A stretch of 64,000 nt of DNA from Flavobacteriales bacterium (GTDB lineage Bacteria > Bacteroidota > Bacteroidia > Flavobacteriales_F > PHOS-HE28): positions 325,583 through 389,582 of the forward strand of contig JADJXH010000003.1 in the NCBI GenBank assembly GCA_016715895.1, written 5' to 3'. Below the pieces are notes generated by a model. It was not told the origin of the DNA. It saw only the letters and a list, made by a program, of their open reading frames with translations, and did not search any database. The position numbers and the translations under genes were made by a program. This document shows positions 45,411 to 54,953 of this stretch, piece by piece; position 1 is the first letter of the stretch; each line of letters begins with the position of its first letter.

Positions 45411-46817
45411 ATGCCTGAACGCCCCTACACCTACTACGACTTCACGCTGAGCCTGTGCCCGACGTGCCTGAAGCGCATCGACGCCAAGGTGATCTTCGAG
45501 GACGATCGCGTGTACATGCTGAAGCGCTGTCCCGAGCACGGGGCGCAGAAGGTGCTCATCGCCACCGATGTGGACTACTACAAGCGCTGCCGGCACTACC
45601 TGAAGCCCGGCGAGATGGTGCGCACCTTCAACACGAAGACCCATTACGGCTGTCCGTACGATTGCGGCATCTGCCCGGACCACGAGCAGCACGGCTGCCT
45701 CACGCTGATCGAGGTCACCGACCGCTGCAACCTGGAGTGCCCCATCTGCTACGCCAGCAGCGGGCCCATGCACGGCAGGCACCGCACGCTGGAGGAGGTG
45801 GAGCGCATGCTCGATGCCGCCGTACGCAACGAGGGTGAACCCGATGTGGTGCAGCTCAGCGGCGGCGAACCCACGGTGCATCCGCAGTTCTTCGAGATCC
45901 TCGATGCGGCCAAGCGCCGGCCCATCCGCCACCTGATGGTGAACACCAACGGCATCCGCATCGCCAAGGACAAGGCCTTCGCGGAGCGCCTCGCCACCTA
46001 CATGCCGGACTTCGAGCTGTACCTGCAGTTCGACTCGTTCAAGCCCGAGGTGCTGAAGCGGCTGCGCGGGGAGGACCTCACCGCTGTGCGCATGAAGGCC
46101 CTGGAGCACCTGAACGAGCTCAACCTCAGCACCACGCTGGTGGTGACGGTGGAGAAGGGTGTGAACGACGACGAAGTGGGCGCCATCATCGACTTCGCCC
46201 TGAAGCAGCGCTGCGTGCGGGGCGTCACCTTCCAGCCGGTGCAGGCCGCAGGCAGGACCGAGCACTACGACCCCGCCACCGACCGCATCACGCTCACCGA
46301 GGTGCGGCAGGCCATCCTGGACCAGGCACCGCTGTTCACGCCGGAGGACATCGTGCCCGTGCCCTGCAACCCCGACGCGCTCGCCATGGGCTACGCGCTG
46401 AAGCTAGGCAGCGAGGTGTTCCCGCTCACGCGCATGATCGACCCGGACGACCTGCTGAACAACAGCCGCAACACCATCGTGTACGAGCAGGATGCCCGCC
46501 TGAAGGAGCACATGGTGAAGCTCTTCAGCACCGGCACACCCAGCGACAAGGCGCACGAGACGCTCCACCGGATCATGTGCTGCCTGCCCGACATCGACGC
46601 GCCGGAGCTGCGGTACGAGAACCTTTTCCGCATCATCATCATGCGCTTCATCGACGCCTACGACTTCGACGTGCGGGCCATCAAGCGCAGTTGCGTCCAC
46701 ATCATCGACCCGCGCACGATGAACGCGATCCCCTTCGAGACGATGAACCTGTTCTACCGGGAGGAGGCGCAACGGATGCGGTTGGCGGAACTGCAGCAAG
46801 CAGCATCTACCTTGTGA
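45411..46817 (+). CDS. Radical SAM protein with an N-terminal Cys-rich zinc-ribbon-like segment (~468 aa)
   Basis: CX3CX2C motif CNLECPIC. Upstream Cys pairs CPTC...CPEHG and CPYDCGICPDHEQHGC. ...QLSGGEPT... SAM-binding glycine motif. Start placed at MPERPYTYYDF after the repeat cluster. Confidence 0.75.
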   Translation: MPERPYTYYDFTLSLCPTCLKRIDAKVIFEDDRVYMLKRCPEHGAQKVLIATDVDYYKRCRHYLKPGEMVRTFNTKTHYGCPYDCGICPDHEQHGCLTLIEVTDRCNLECPICYASSGPMHGRHRTLEEVERMLDAAVRNEGEPDVVQLSGGEPTVHPQFFEILDAAKRRPIRHLMVNTNGIRIAKDKAFAERLATYMPDFELYLQFDSFKPEVLKRLRGEDLTAVRMKALEHLNELNLSTTLVVTVEKGVNDDEVGAIIDFALKQRCVRGVTFQPVQAAGRTEHYDPATDRITLTEVRQAILDQAPLFTPEDIVPVPCNPDALAMGYALKLGSEVFPLTRMIDPDDLLNNSRNTIVYEQDARLKEHMVKLFSTGTPSDKAHETLHRIMCCLPDIDAPELRYENLFRIIIMRFIDAYDFDVRAIKRSCVHIIDPRTMNAIPFETMNLFYREEAQRMRLAELQQAASTL

Positions 46818-46822
46818 TCACC

Positions 46823-47128
46823 ATGAACACCAAGCTCCTCCGCACGAACCTGCTGGTGCTGCTCGGTTATGCCGTGCTGATCCAGTTGCTTTCCCTGTTG
46901 GAGAACAACGGCGGCAGCATGGTGGTGCTGATGGGCATGATGGTGGCGGTGGTCATTCACGTGTGCGTGCTGGTGTTGGGTGCCGTGGTGGTCCTGTTCG
47001 GTCAGCGCAAGCAGGAGGCGGCGTCGTGGGTGCTGTGCGCGCTGGCCATCGGCGTCATCGGCTTCGGCACGTGCTGGGGTGGTGCCTCGCTGGCCGAACT
47101 GTACTCCGGCCCGGCGAACTTCCACTAG
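46823..47128 (+). CDS. Small membrane protein, hypothetical (101 aa, three TM helices)
   Basis: MNTKLLRTNLLVLLGYAVLIQLL...; 6 bp after the radical SAM stop, so possibly co-transcribed. Confidence 0.4.
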   Translation: MNTKLLRTNLLVLLGYAVLIQLLSLLENNGGSMVVLMGMMVAVVIHVCVLVLGAVVVLFGQRKQEAASWVLCALAIGVIGFGTCWGGASLAELYSGPANFH

Positions 47129-48252
47129 TGCACTTCAGGGTCGAACCCCTTGAGCAGTGCTGCGGTGCGTTCGGCCGCCCGGGCGATCAACAGGCTGCGC
47201 ACGGAACCGCCACGGCCCAGGTCCTGCTTGGCCATATGCACCAGCTCTGACCGATGAATGCGGCCGGTGCTGGCGTCCATCAGGTTCACCTGCATCTCCA
47301 GGTGTCGGCCGATGCCTTCCTCATAACGCAACAGCTTGGTCATCAGGACGTACTTGGCGCCCAGCAGCTGCCCGGCGCGGGCCGCGGTGCGCTCATCGTA
47401 GATGCCGTCCAGGCTTCGCTGTTGCTCCTCCAGAAGCGCATCCGTCTGTTCACGAGCCACCAGCACCAGGAAGGGGTCCCGCAGGGCCAGCAGCTCCTCC
47501 TTGATGGCCGTGGCCAATGCGGCAGGCACGCCGTTCACGCGGGCCGCATAGGTGGCGCGGGCGGCCACGCCCTGTTCCTCCACGGGCACAAGGGCCAGGG
47601 TGTAGCTGGCGTTCGTGCGGGCGGCATCGCGCAGCAGCCGGGCATCCTTGTAGGAAGGGTCCTCGGTGAGAACCGCGTCCAGCCCGCTGTACGCTTCGCG
47701 CCAGCGGCCTTCCTCGAAGGCCCGCCGGGCCAGGCGATACCGGGGCTCCAATTCCGCCATCCGCAGCAGGTGGGGTGCATCGGCGTGACCGGGGTCCAGG
47801 GCGAGGACCTCGTTCAGCAGCTCGCGGCACGGTGGAAAACGGTCCTCCTCAAAGGCCTGTACGGCACGCGCATAGAGCGTCGCCACATGCGTCCGGCGCG
47901 CCTGAAGGCGTCGCTGTTCCACCAAGGGGTCGCGCCGCAGGACCAACCCCTCCACGGAGGCGCGCGTGGCGAATTCGTGCAGCACCTGCCACTGCTGCTC
48001 GCCCAGGTCATGGTCGCCGGCGAGGAAGGCGCTGGACGCCGCGGCCTCCAACTGGATCAGCACCTGCTGACCGGTCCGCTGAGTGCCGGCGTGCGCCCTG
48101 GCATGACCAGGCCGTTCCAGCTTGGCGGTGCGGTAGGCGGCGTATGCGGCACTGACATCACCCGCCTGCTCGGCGCGCTCCCCGTGCTTCACGAGGCGGC
48201 CGGCGCCCGAACAGGCGGCCAGGGAGAGCAGCAGAGGGAGCAGGGATCGCAT
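47125..48252 (-). CDS. Lipoprotein, hypothetical (helical/TPR-like)
   Basis: Signal plus lipobox MRSLLPLLLSLAACSG. 375 aa. The 676-aa track ORF carries a spurious N-terminal extension. Confidence 0.55.
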   Translation of the reverse strand: MRSLLPLLLSLAACSGAGRLVKHGERAEQAGDVSAAYAAYRTAKLERPGHARAHAGTQRTGQQVLIQLEAAASSAFLAGDHDLGEQQWQVLHEFATRASVEGLVLRRDPLVEQRRLQARRTHVATLYARAVQAFEEDRFPPCRELLNEVLALDPGHADAPHLLRMAELEPRYRLARRAFEEGRWREAYSGLDAVLTEDPSYKDARLLRDAARTNASYTLALVPVEEQGVAARATYAARVNGVPAALATAIKEELLALRDPFLVLVAREQTDALLEEQQRSLDGIYDERTAARAGQLLGAKYVLMTKLLRYEEGIGRHLEMQVNLMDASTGRIHRSELVHMAKQDLGRGGSVRSLLIARAAERTAALLKGFDPEVH

Positions 48253-48306
48253 GCGGCGAAGATGGCACAGCGATCCGCGTGCCGGAACGCGGTTCACCGG
48301 GACCGT

Positions 48307-49332
48307 ATGTTTGCCCGCATGCGTTCCGTCGGTGCCCTGGCCGCAGCGCTCCTCTCCCTGCTGGTGCTGCTGCTGGTTCATATCAGCACGGGACCGGTAT
48401 CGGTGTCGCTCAGGGAGGCGTTGCATGCCGTCCTGGGGCTTCCCGGGGTCGATCGGGCCTTGGTCGCGGTGGTCCGGGATGTGCGGATCCCATCGGCGCT
48501 GACGGCCATGCTCGTGGGGGCAGCGTTGGCATGCAGCGGTGCGGTGATGCAGACGCTCTTCTCCAATCCGCTCGCGGGTCCGAGCGTGCTCGGTGTCAGC
48601 TCCGGGGCGGGCCTTGGGGCGGCCCTGGTCATGCTCGTCCCCGGCCTCTCCAGCACGCTCGGCGCCGCGGCCGATCTGGCGCTCGTGCTGGCCGCGTTCG
48701 CCGGTGCCTTGGTGGTGCTGGCGGTCATCGTGCTGGCGGACCGTCGTCTCGGCGACCCGGTCACGCTCCTCATCCTGGGCCTCATGGTCGGGCACCTCGG
48801 AGGGGCGCTCGTCAGTGTGCTCGAGGTGGCCGCCGGAGAGGGCGCCCTGCGTGGGTTCGTGCTGTGGGGCATGGGCTCCTTCGCAGGCGTGGGTCCGGAA
48901 CGGATGCCATGGCTCGCCCTGCCGATCGTGGTCGGTCTGTTCGTCACCCTGGTGCATATGAAGGCCCTCGATGCGATGCTGCTGGGCGATGAGTACGCCC
49001 GTTCCATGGGCGTGGAGGTGCGCGCGACCCGCACACGGCTCATCCTCGCGACCGGCCTGATGGCGGGGGCGTGCACCGCGTTCTGCGGCCCCATCGCCTT
49101 CATCGGACTGGCCACCCCGCACCTGGCCCGGGCGCTGCTGCGCTCGGCCGGGCACCGCCTGGTCCTGCCGGGCAGCGCGCTCTGTGGGGCACTGCTGGCG
49201 CTGGCCTGCGACATCCTCGTGCGGCGCGTGGACGGACTGCCGGTCAACGCCCTCACCTCATTGATCGGCGCGCCCGTGGTCGTGTGGGTGCTGTGGAGCG
49301 GACGCCGCTGGGCGAGAATGGCCACCGGATGA
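48307..49332 (+). CDS. Iron-siderophore/cobalamin ABC transporter permease (FecCD family)
   Basis: ...LTAMLVGAALACSGAVMQTLFSNPLAGPSVLGVSSGAGLGAAL... is the canonical FecCD/BtuC block; 341 aa. Confidence 0.9.
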   Translation: MFARMRSVGALAAALLSLLVLLLVHISTGPVSVSLREALHAVLGLPGVDRALVAVVRDVRIPSALTAMLVGAALACSGAVMQTLFSNPLAGPSVLGVSSGAGLGAALVMLVPGLSSTLGAAADLALVLAAFAGALVVLAVIVLADRRLGDPVTLLILGLMVGHLGGALVSVLEVAAGEGALRGFVLWGMGSFAGVGPERMPWLALPIVVGLFVTLVHMKALDAMLLGDEYARSMGVEVRATRTRLILATGLMAGACTAFCGPIAFIGLATPHLARALLRSAGHRLVLPGSALCGALLALACDILVRRVDGLPVNALTSLIGAPVVVWVLWSGRRWARMATG

Positions 49333-50102
49333 GGACCGTGACCCTGCATGCCGAGGCACTTGTGATCGGGCACCACGGCCGGCCGCTGCGCCCTGCGTTC
49401 GATCTGCAGCTCCGTCCGGGCAGGGTCACCGCCCTGCTGGGGAACAATGGATCGGGCAAGACCACGCTGCTGCGGACCTTGTCCGGCCTGTTGGCGCCGC
49501 TCTCCGGACGGGTGCTCCTCGATGGCCGCGAGGTGCAGGGCATGGCGGAGCGTGAGCGTGCCCGGCAGCTCGCCGTGGTGATGGCCCATCGCCCACGCGC
49601 GGGACTGATGCGCGCGGAGGATGTGGTCCGGCTGGGGCGCCTTCCGTGGAGCGCGGGTTGGTTCCGGTCCGACCCTGACGATGCAGCGCGGGTCCAGCAG
49701 GCGATGGAGCAGACCCGAACGCTGACGATGGTGGGCAGGGCCTTCAACGAGCTGAGCGATGGGGAGGCGCAGCGTGTGCTCATCGCCCGGGCCCTGGCAC
49801 AGGATGCCCCGGTCCTCCTGCTGGACGAGCCCACAGCGTATCTGGATGTCAGCCAGCGGGCCGCACTGATGCAGCTCCTGCGGACCATCGCGCGGGAACG
49901 GGCGCTGACGGTGCTGATGGCCACGCACGATCTCCAACAGGCATTGGACAGCGCGGACGAGGTGTTCATCCTCGGTCCTGATGGCGCCCACTTCCACGGT
50001 GCGCCCGGGGATGCCGTGCAAAGCGGTGCGATCGCCAGCGCGTTCGCGGTGGATGGACTGCGCTTCGATCCCGCTCAGCGCGTGTTCCGGCCTGTGGAAT
50101 GA
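49329..50102 (+). CDS. ABC transporter ATP-binding protein (iron-siderophore type), coupled to the permease
   Basis: Walker A GNNGSGKTT, signature LSDGEAQRV, Walker B LLLDEPTAYLD. ATGA overlap with the permease stop. Confidence 0.9.
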   Translation: MRTVTLHAEALVIGHHGRPLRPAFDLQLRPGRVTALLGNNGSGKTTLLRTLSGLLAPLSGRVLLDGREVQGMAERERARQLAVVMAHRPRAGLMRAEDVVRLGRLPWSAGWFRSDPDDAARVQQAMEQTRTLTMVGRAFNELSDGEAQRVLIARALAQDAPVLLLDEPTAYLDVSQRAALMQLLRTIARERALTVLMATHDLQQALDSADEVFILGPDGAHFHGAPGDAVQSGAIASAFAVDGLRFDPAQRVFRPVE

Positions 50103-50149
50103 CGAAGCCCCGGCAGGCCGGGGCTTCGGAACGGGAATGTGCGGGACGC

Positions 50150-50578
50150 TTACTTGCGCAGCGCGTCGCGGATCTCCATCAGCAGCTTCTCTTCATTGGA
50201 GGGGCCGGGCGGGGGAGGAGCCGGCTCGGCCTTCTTCATCCTGTTCATGGCCTTCACCACCATGAAGATCGCGAACGCCACGATGAGGAAGTCGATGATG
50301 ACGGTGATGAAGGCGCCGTATTTCACGGACACCTCGGCCACCGCGGGTGTGATGACGGCGCCGGCCGCATCCTTCACTTCGGCCGTCCCGTGCTGGATCA
50401 CCCATTTCAGTTCCTTGAAGTCGACGCCACTGGTCAGCATGCCCACGAGCGGCATCACCATGCCGTCCACGAAACCGCTGACGACCTTGCCGAAGGCACC
50501 GCCCATCACGAAGGCGACCGCCGTATCCACGAGGTTACCGCGCATCGCGAACTCCTTGAACTCCTTCATCATGCTCAT
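50150..50578 (-). CDS. mscL: Large-conductance mechanosensitive channel
   Basis: MKEFKEFAMRGNLVDTAVAFVMGGAFGKVVSGFVDGMVMPLVG... is a near-canonical MscL N-terminus; 142 aa. Confidence 0.9.
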   Translation of the reverse strand: MSMMKEFKEFAMRGNLVDTAVAFVMGGAFGKVVSGFVDGMVMPLVGMLTSGVDFKELKWVIQHGTAEVKDAAGAVITPAVAEVSVKYGAFITVIIDFLIVAFAIFMVVKAMNRMKKAEPAPPPPGPSNEEKLLMEIRDALRK

Positions 50579-50654
50579 GGTCAACAGGGGTTTGGTTGGT
50601 GGGGGTTGTTCGGGCGAAACTAATGACCGGCGCGATCCCCATCCCGTCCGACCG

Positions 50655-51158
50655 TCATCGGGGCCTGAAGCGGTAATGCTCCTCGTGCTGGGCGCCTTTC
50701 GAGAAGCCGGAAACGATGGCGTGCCAGCCGTTCCCTTCACGGAAGTAACGGATGTGCTGCGGGAAGTCGTGGGAGAGGTTCGTGAAGTGCAGGGTATCGC
50801 CGGACGTGGGCACAGCGGTGAAGTCCGTCCACGCGCCGTTGTTCTGTCCTCCTGGGAGGGCGGAATAGATCACAGCGCCATTGCGGCGCATCAGTTTGAG
50901 CCCTTCGATGAACACGGTGTCCGCCCCCGCGAGCACACGGCCGACACCGGAAAGGGTGCTGTCATCCACTTCGGTCCAGGCCTCCACCACGGTGAAGGTG
51001 TCACTGCTGGTGCTGTCCACCCAGTCGCCAAGAAGCTCTTTGGCGAGGGGCCAGACGTCCACTGGTGCCGAAGCAGCGGGGTCCACCGATGGGCTGTGCT
51101 GTCCGCCACATCCGATGAGAAGGGCGATCGCGGTCGAAAGGAGGAACGCTCGGTTCAT
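50655..51158 (-). CDS. Lipoprotein, hypothetical
   Basis: MNRAFLLSTAIALLIGCGG lipobox; 167 aa. Confidence 0.45.
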   Translation of the reverse strand: MNRAFLLSTAIALLIGCGGQHSPSVDPAASAPVDVWPLAKELLGDWVDSTSSDTFTVVEAWTEVDDSTLSGVGRVLAGADTVFIEGLKLMRRNGAVIYSALPGGQNNGAWTDFTAVPTSGDTLHFTNLSHDFPQHIRYFREGNGWHAIVSGFSKGAQHEEHYRFRPR

Positions 51159-51574
51159 GACAGGGTTTCGATGGCCGATCGGATGGGGGCGGGGATGGGC
51201 ACCTTGTGGCCCTTGGCGTAGTCGTACATCACCTGAACGCTTGTGCCTTCGGCCACCACGGCGCCGCTGACGTCCGTGAGCCGGTAGGCCAGGGTGAAGC
51301 TGGTGGTGCCCACGTGTGCCGCGCCGGTGCGGATGTGCAGGCGGGCGGGCCAGTGCACGGGCCGCTTGAAGTCGCAGGTGGTGCTGGCCAGGATCACGCC
51401 GATGCCGTCCTCGGCATGGGAGCGCAGGGCACCGATGCGCTCCAGGAAATGCATGCGCACGCTCTCCATCCAGCGGAAGTAGACCACGTTGTTCACATGG
51501 CCGAAGAGGTCCTGTTCGCCCCAGGCGACGGTGATGTCGAGCCCGATGGGCAGGTCGGGAACGATGGTGCTCAC
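51155..51574 (-). CDS. Acyl-CoA thioesterase (4HBT/YbgC hot-dog fold)
   Basis: ...GEQDLFGHVNNVVYFRWME... is the typical 4HBT catalytic region; 139 aa. Confidence 0.8.
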   Translation of the reverse strand: MSTIVPDLPIGLDITVAWGEQDLFGHVNNVVYFRWMESVRMHFLERIGALRSHAEDGIGVILASTTCDFKRPVHWPARLHIRTGAAHVGTTSFTLAYRLTDVSGAVVAEGTSVQVMYDYAKGHKVPIPAPIRSAIETLS

Positions 51575-53313
51575 GCCTGGCGCAGCTCCTTCACCAGCTG
51601 CTTGTGCTGTTCGCGCAGGCGTTCCACATCACGGCGGGTGCGGTCGGCCTGCTTCTCCATCTCCTTGCGCATGGCCTCGCCGGTCGCGCTCTTGAAGTTG
51701 AACATGCCCATCCTGTTCTCGAACTGTCGCAGCTCGTTCTCGAGCTCCTCGATCTTGCGCTTCACGAAGCGCGTCTCGCGCTCGATGCGGTCGCGTCCGT
51801 CAGGTGCGCTCTTCAGGCTCTCGACATGGTCGTGGAACTGGGCGCGGCGGCGCTCCTCGCCCTCCACCTTCAGCTGCCCGTAGTGCTTGTCCAGCGCGGC
51901 CCGATAGCGGTCCTGCAGCACGTCGAAGTGTTTGGGCGACACGCGGCCGCATTCGAGCCAGCGTTTGCTGAAGGCCTTCAGGGCATCCAGGTCGGCGTTG
52001 CGGTCACCGGTGAGGGCGAAGCCTTCGAGCTCGGCCAGCAGGGCCTCGCGGGCTTTGAGGTGCTCGGCCTGTTCGCCGTCGAGCTTGTCGAAGTGGGCCT
52101 TGCGGGCGGCGAAGAAGCCATCGCAGGCCTCGCGGAACCGGTTCCACAGCTTCTGCTCATCGCGGGGTCCTGCGGAACCGGCCTCCTTCCATTGCTGCTG
52201 CAACGCCTTCATCTTCTCGGCCGTCTGCCGCCATTCGGTGCTGTCCTTCAGGGCCAGCGCCTGGTCCAGCAGGGCCTGCTTCTTCTCACGGGCGCCCTTG
52301 AACTGGTCCTTCAGCGCGTCGAAATACTGCTTCTTGCGGTCGAAGAAGGCGTTGCAGGTGGTGCGGAACTCCTTCCAGATGCGCTCGTTGTCCTTCTTGG
52401 TGGCGAAACCGATGGACTTCCACGCGTTCTGCGCCTCCAGCACCTGATCGGTGAGGGCCTTCCAGTCCTTCACCCCCACCTCGGCGCTCTGCTCCACCAG
52501 GGCCTGCACCTTGTCGATCAGGGCCTGCTTGGCGGCCAGGTTGGTCTCGTGCTCGGTGCGGCGGGCCTTGTAGTACTCGTGGATCCGCTCGTACACCACA
52601 CGGGTGGCGTTCCAGAACCGGTCGCGGATGATCTCCCATTCCTCCTTCACCACAGGCCCGATCTGGTGCCACTTCTCCTGGTACTCCTTCACCAGCGCCT
52701 CGGCCTCCTTCACGCTGTCCACCCGCTGCACGGCCTCCATGTCGGCGATCAGCGCCTGCTTCAGGGCGGTGTTCTTCTTCAGGTCGTGGTCGCGCAGCTC
52801 CTTGTAGATGCGGATGTGATAGAAGAAATCGTCCAGCAGGTGGGCGAAATCGCGCTGCAGGTCACGATAGGCCTGCTGGGGCACGGGGCCGATGGTCTTC
52901 CACTTCTCCTGCAGGTCCTTGAAGCGCTGGAAGGCGCTGCCGATGTTCTCCTCCTGATGGATGAGGGCCTTGAGCTCCTCCATCACGGCCAGCTTGGCGG
53001 CCAGGTTGTCGGCCTCCTCCTTGGCCTTGCGGCGGCGCACATCGTTCACCTTGGTGTGAAAGGCGTCGACGAGCTGCTTGAACCGCTTGTCATCCTCATC
53101 GCCCAGCGGCGCGGATTCGATGGGGACCTGCGCGGGGGCATCGGCCCCCTCTGCGGAGGGTTCGCCTGCGGCCACCGTGGCGGCATGCTGGGCCTCGGCC
53201 ACCAGCGCCTCGTAGCTTTCCTTCACGGCATCCACCAGTTCGGCGGTGTGCTCCAGGTCTTCGTTCTGGAGCAACGCCTCCATTCGGGCGATCAGCTCCG
53301 CTTTCGTGGTCAT
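51571..53313 (-). CDS. DUF349 domain-containing protein
   Basis: Repeated about 70-aa helical modules with conserved W/K (…WKTIGPVP…, …WHQIGPVVKEEWE…, …WKEAGSAGP…), typical of DUF349. Confidence 0.7.
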   Translation of the reverse strand: MTTKAELIARMEALLQNEDLEHTAELVDAVKESYEALVAEAQHAATVAAGEPSAEGADAPAQVPIESAPLGDEDDKRFKQLVDAFHTKVNDVRRRKAKEEADNLAAKLAVMEELKALIHQEENIGSAFQRFKDLQEKWKTIGPVPQQAYRDLQRDFAHLLDDFFYHIRIYKELRDHDLKKNTALKQALIADMEAVQRVDSVKEAEALVKEYQEKWHQIGPVVKEEWEIIRDRFWNATRVVYERIHEYYKARRTEHETNLAAKQALIDKVQALVEQSAEVGVKDWKALTDQVLEAQNAWKSIGFATKKDNERIWKEFRTTCNAFFDRKKQYFDALKDQFKGAREKKQALLDQALALKDSTEWRQTAEKMKALQQQWKEAGSAGPRDEQKLWNRFREACDGFFAARKAHFDKLDGEQAEHLKAREALLAELEGFALTGDRNADLDALKAFSKRWLECGRVSPKHFDVLQDRYRAALDKHYGQLKVEGEERRRAQFHDHVESLKSAPDGRDRIERETRFVKRKIEELENELRQFENRMGMFNFKSATGEAMRKEMEKQADRTRRDVERLREQHKQLVKELRQA

Positions 53314-53385
53314 GGTCAACTGCGGCCGACCGCTCAGGTGCACCGCCGTTCAAAGATAGACGGCCCTTTCGGAACGGAAGGCGCG

Positions 53386-54852
53386 CTAGACGGCAAGGCC
53401 GAGCACGCACACATCGTCCATCTGCTCGTGCGACCCCTTCCACGCGTCGAACGCGCGTTCCAGCTCCTCGGCCTGCAGGGCCATCGGCAGGTGCTGGTGC
53501 TGCTCGAGGATGGCGCTGAAGCGGGTGGCCATGAGCTTGCGCCCATCCGGCCCGCCGAACTGGTCCACATAGCCGTCGCTGAACAGGTAGATGCGGTCGC
53601 CCGCGTGGTAGGCCAGGCGGTGCACGGTGAACCGCCTGTCGGGTTCATGCTGGTTGCCACCGATCGGCCGCCGGTCGCCGTTGATCACGGTGAGCTGGCC
53701 GTCGTGCATCCAATACAGCGGACGGAAGGCGCCGGCAAAGAGGATCTCGCGCTGTGCGCGGTCCACCCGGCAAAGCGCGATGTCCATGCCATCACCGGCC
53801 CCGAGCCGCTCCCCGCGCTGGTTCAGCGCATGCACCATGCGCTGGTTGAGGAGGGCCAGCAGCTCCGCCGGGTCCTTGTCCGGGTGCTGCATCACCAGCT
53901 CGTTGAGCAGTGAACAGCCGATGGCGGCCATCATGGCGCCGGGAAGGCCGTGCCCGGTGCAGTCGGCCTGGGCCACCAGCCGCACGTGCTCGCTGAGGCG
54001 GTGCACCCAGTGGAAATCGCCGCTCACCACATCCTTGGGGCGGTTGAGCACGAAGTGGTCGTCGAAAAGCTCGCCGTAGCGCTCGGGCCGGGGGATCAGC
54101 GCCGACTGGATCTTGCCGGCGTAGGCGATGCTGTCGGTCACCCCGTCGTGTCGCTGCTGAAGGGCGCTGCGGGCCTCCTCCTCGCGACGGACCAACCCGC
54201 CCACGAAGCGCATGAGGAATCCGCCGACAAGGACCAGGGCCAGCACCAGCAGGCCGATGTGGCGCCATAGGCGCCCCAGGGCCAGGGCGTCCAGTTCCGC
54301 GGTGGGCAGTTCGGCCACCAGGGCGGCCACCACCTTCCCGCGTGCGTTCCGCACGGCGTCGAACGCCGCGACATGATGGTCGTCGACCGCCCGGCCCGGG
54401 TCGATGCGCCCTTCGGTGATGGCGGCGATGATCGCGGCCTGGTCCGGACCGGTGTACGGTTCACGAAGGGCGGGTGTCGCCGAGCTGGTCACCACCACCT
54501 GGAGTTCGTGTTTCCGATCGTCGTAGGCCACCAGACGCAGCGGCATGCTCAGCCGGTTCGCCTCCGCCGGCTTGCGCAGGTTCTCGTGCAGCACATAGTA
54601 CCAGGGGTCCTGGGTGTTATGCAGCAGCATGCCCCGCGAATCGTATTTCTCCATCAGGCGGGTCACGCGTCCGCCTTCGATCGCCGTGGCCAGCGTGCCG
54701 GTGATGCTGCTCAAGCGCGCCATGGCCTCATGCCGCAGCGTGCGTCGGGTGGTCGAATGCGACCACACCACCAGGGCCACACCCACGGTGAGCAGGGTGG
54801 CGAAGAGCACCAGGAGCACGGTGCGGGTGGTGGAGGGTCGGCGCAGGTCCAA
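53386..54852 (-). CDS. SpoIIE/PP2C-family protein serine/threonine phosphatase with an N-terminal TM sensor region
   Basis: Two TM segments flanking a periplasmic region. C-terminal PP2C motifs ...SGDFHWV...DCTGHGLPGAMM...LYLFSDGYVDQ... Confidence 0.8.
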   Translation of the reverse strand: MDLRRPSTTRTVLLVLFATLLTVGVALVVWSHSTTRRTLRHEAMARLSSITGTLATAIEGGRVTRLMEKYDSRGMLLHNTQDPWYYVLHENLRKPAEANRLSMPLRLVAYDDRKHELQVVVTSSATPALREPYTGPDQAAIIAAITEGRIDPGRAVDDHHVAAFDAVRNARGKVVAALVAELPTAELDALALGRLWRHIGLLVLALVLVGGFLMRFVGGLVRREEEARSALQQRHDGVTDSIAYAGKIQSALIPRPERYGELFDDHFVLNRPKDVVSGDFHWVHRLSEHVRLVAQADCTGHGLPGAMMAAIGCSLLNELVMQHPDKDPAELLALLNQRMVHALNQRGERLGAGDGMDIALCRVDRAQREILFAGAFRPLYWMHDGQLTVINGDRRPIGGNQHEPDRRFTVHRLAYHAGDRIYLFSDGYVDQFGGPDGRKLMATRFSAILEQHQHLPMALQAEELERAFDAWKGSHEQMDDVCVLGLAV

Positions 54853-54953
54853 ACGCGTATCGCCCGGAAGGTGCGGGCCACCCGTTCATACGGACCCGTC
54901 CCGAGGTGGGTTGCCGTCGCCTGCCGAACTTCGCCCCGCATCAACCCGGACCC

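Noticed and set aside
45176-45418. ORFs translating repeat DNA (e.g. 45176..45418, 30987..31184, 40420..40677, 40442..40696, 30587..31087)
   Set aside because: Their peptide sequences are periodic translations of the decamer or GTGAATGG repeats (HLCPSVSISG..., SPFTIDHSPFT...), with no independent coding signal.
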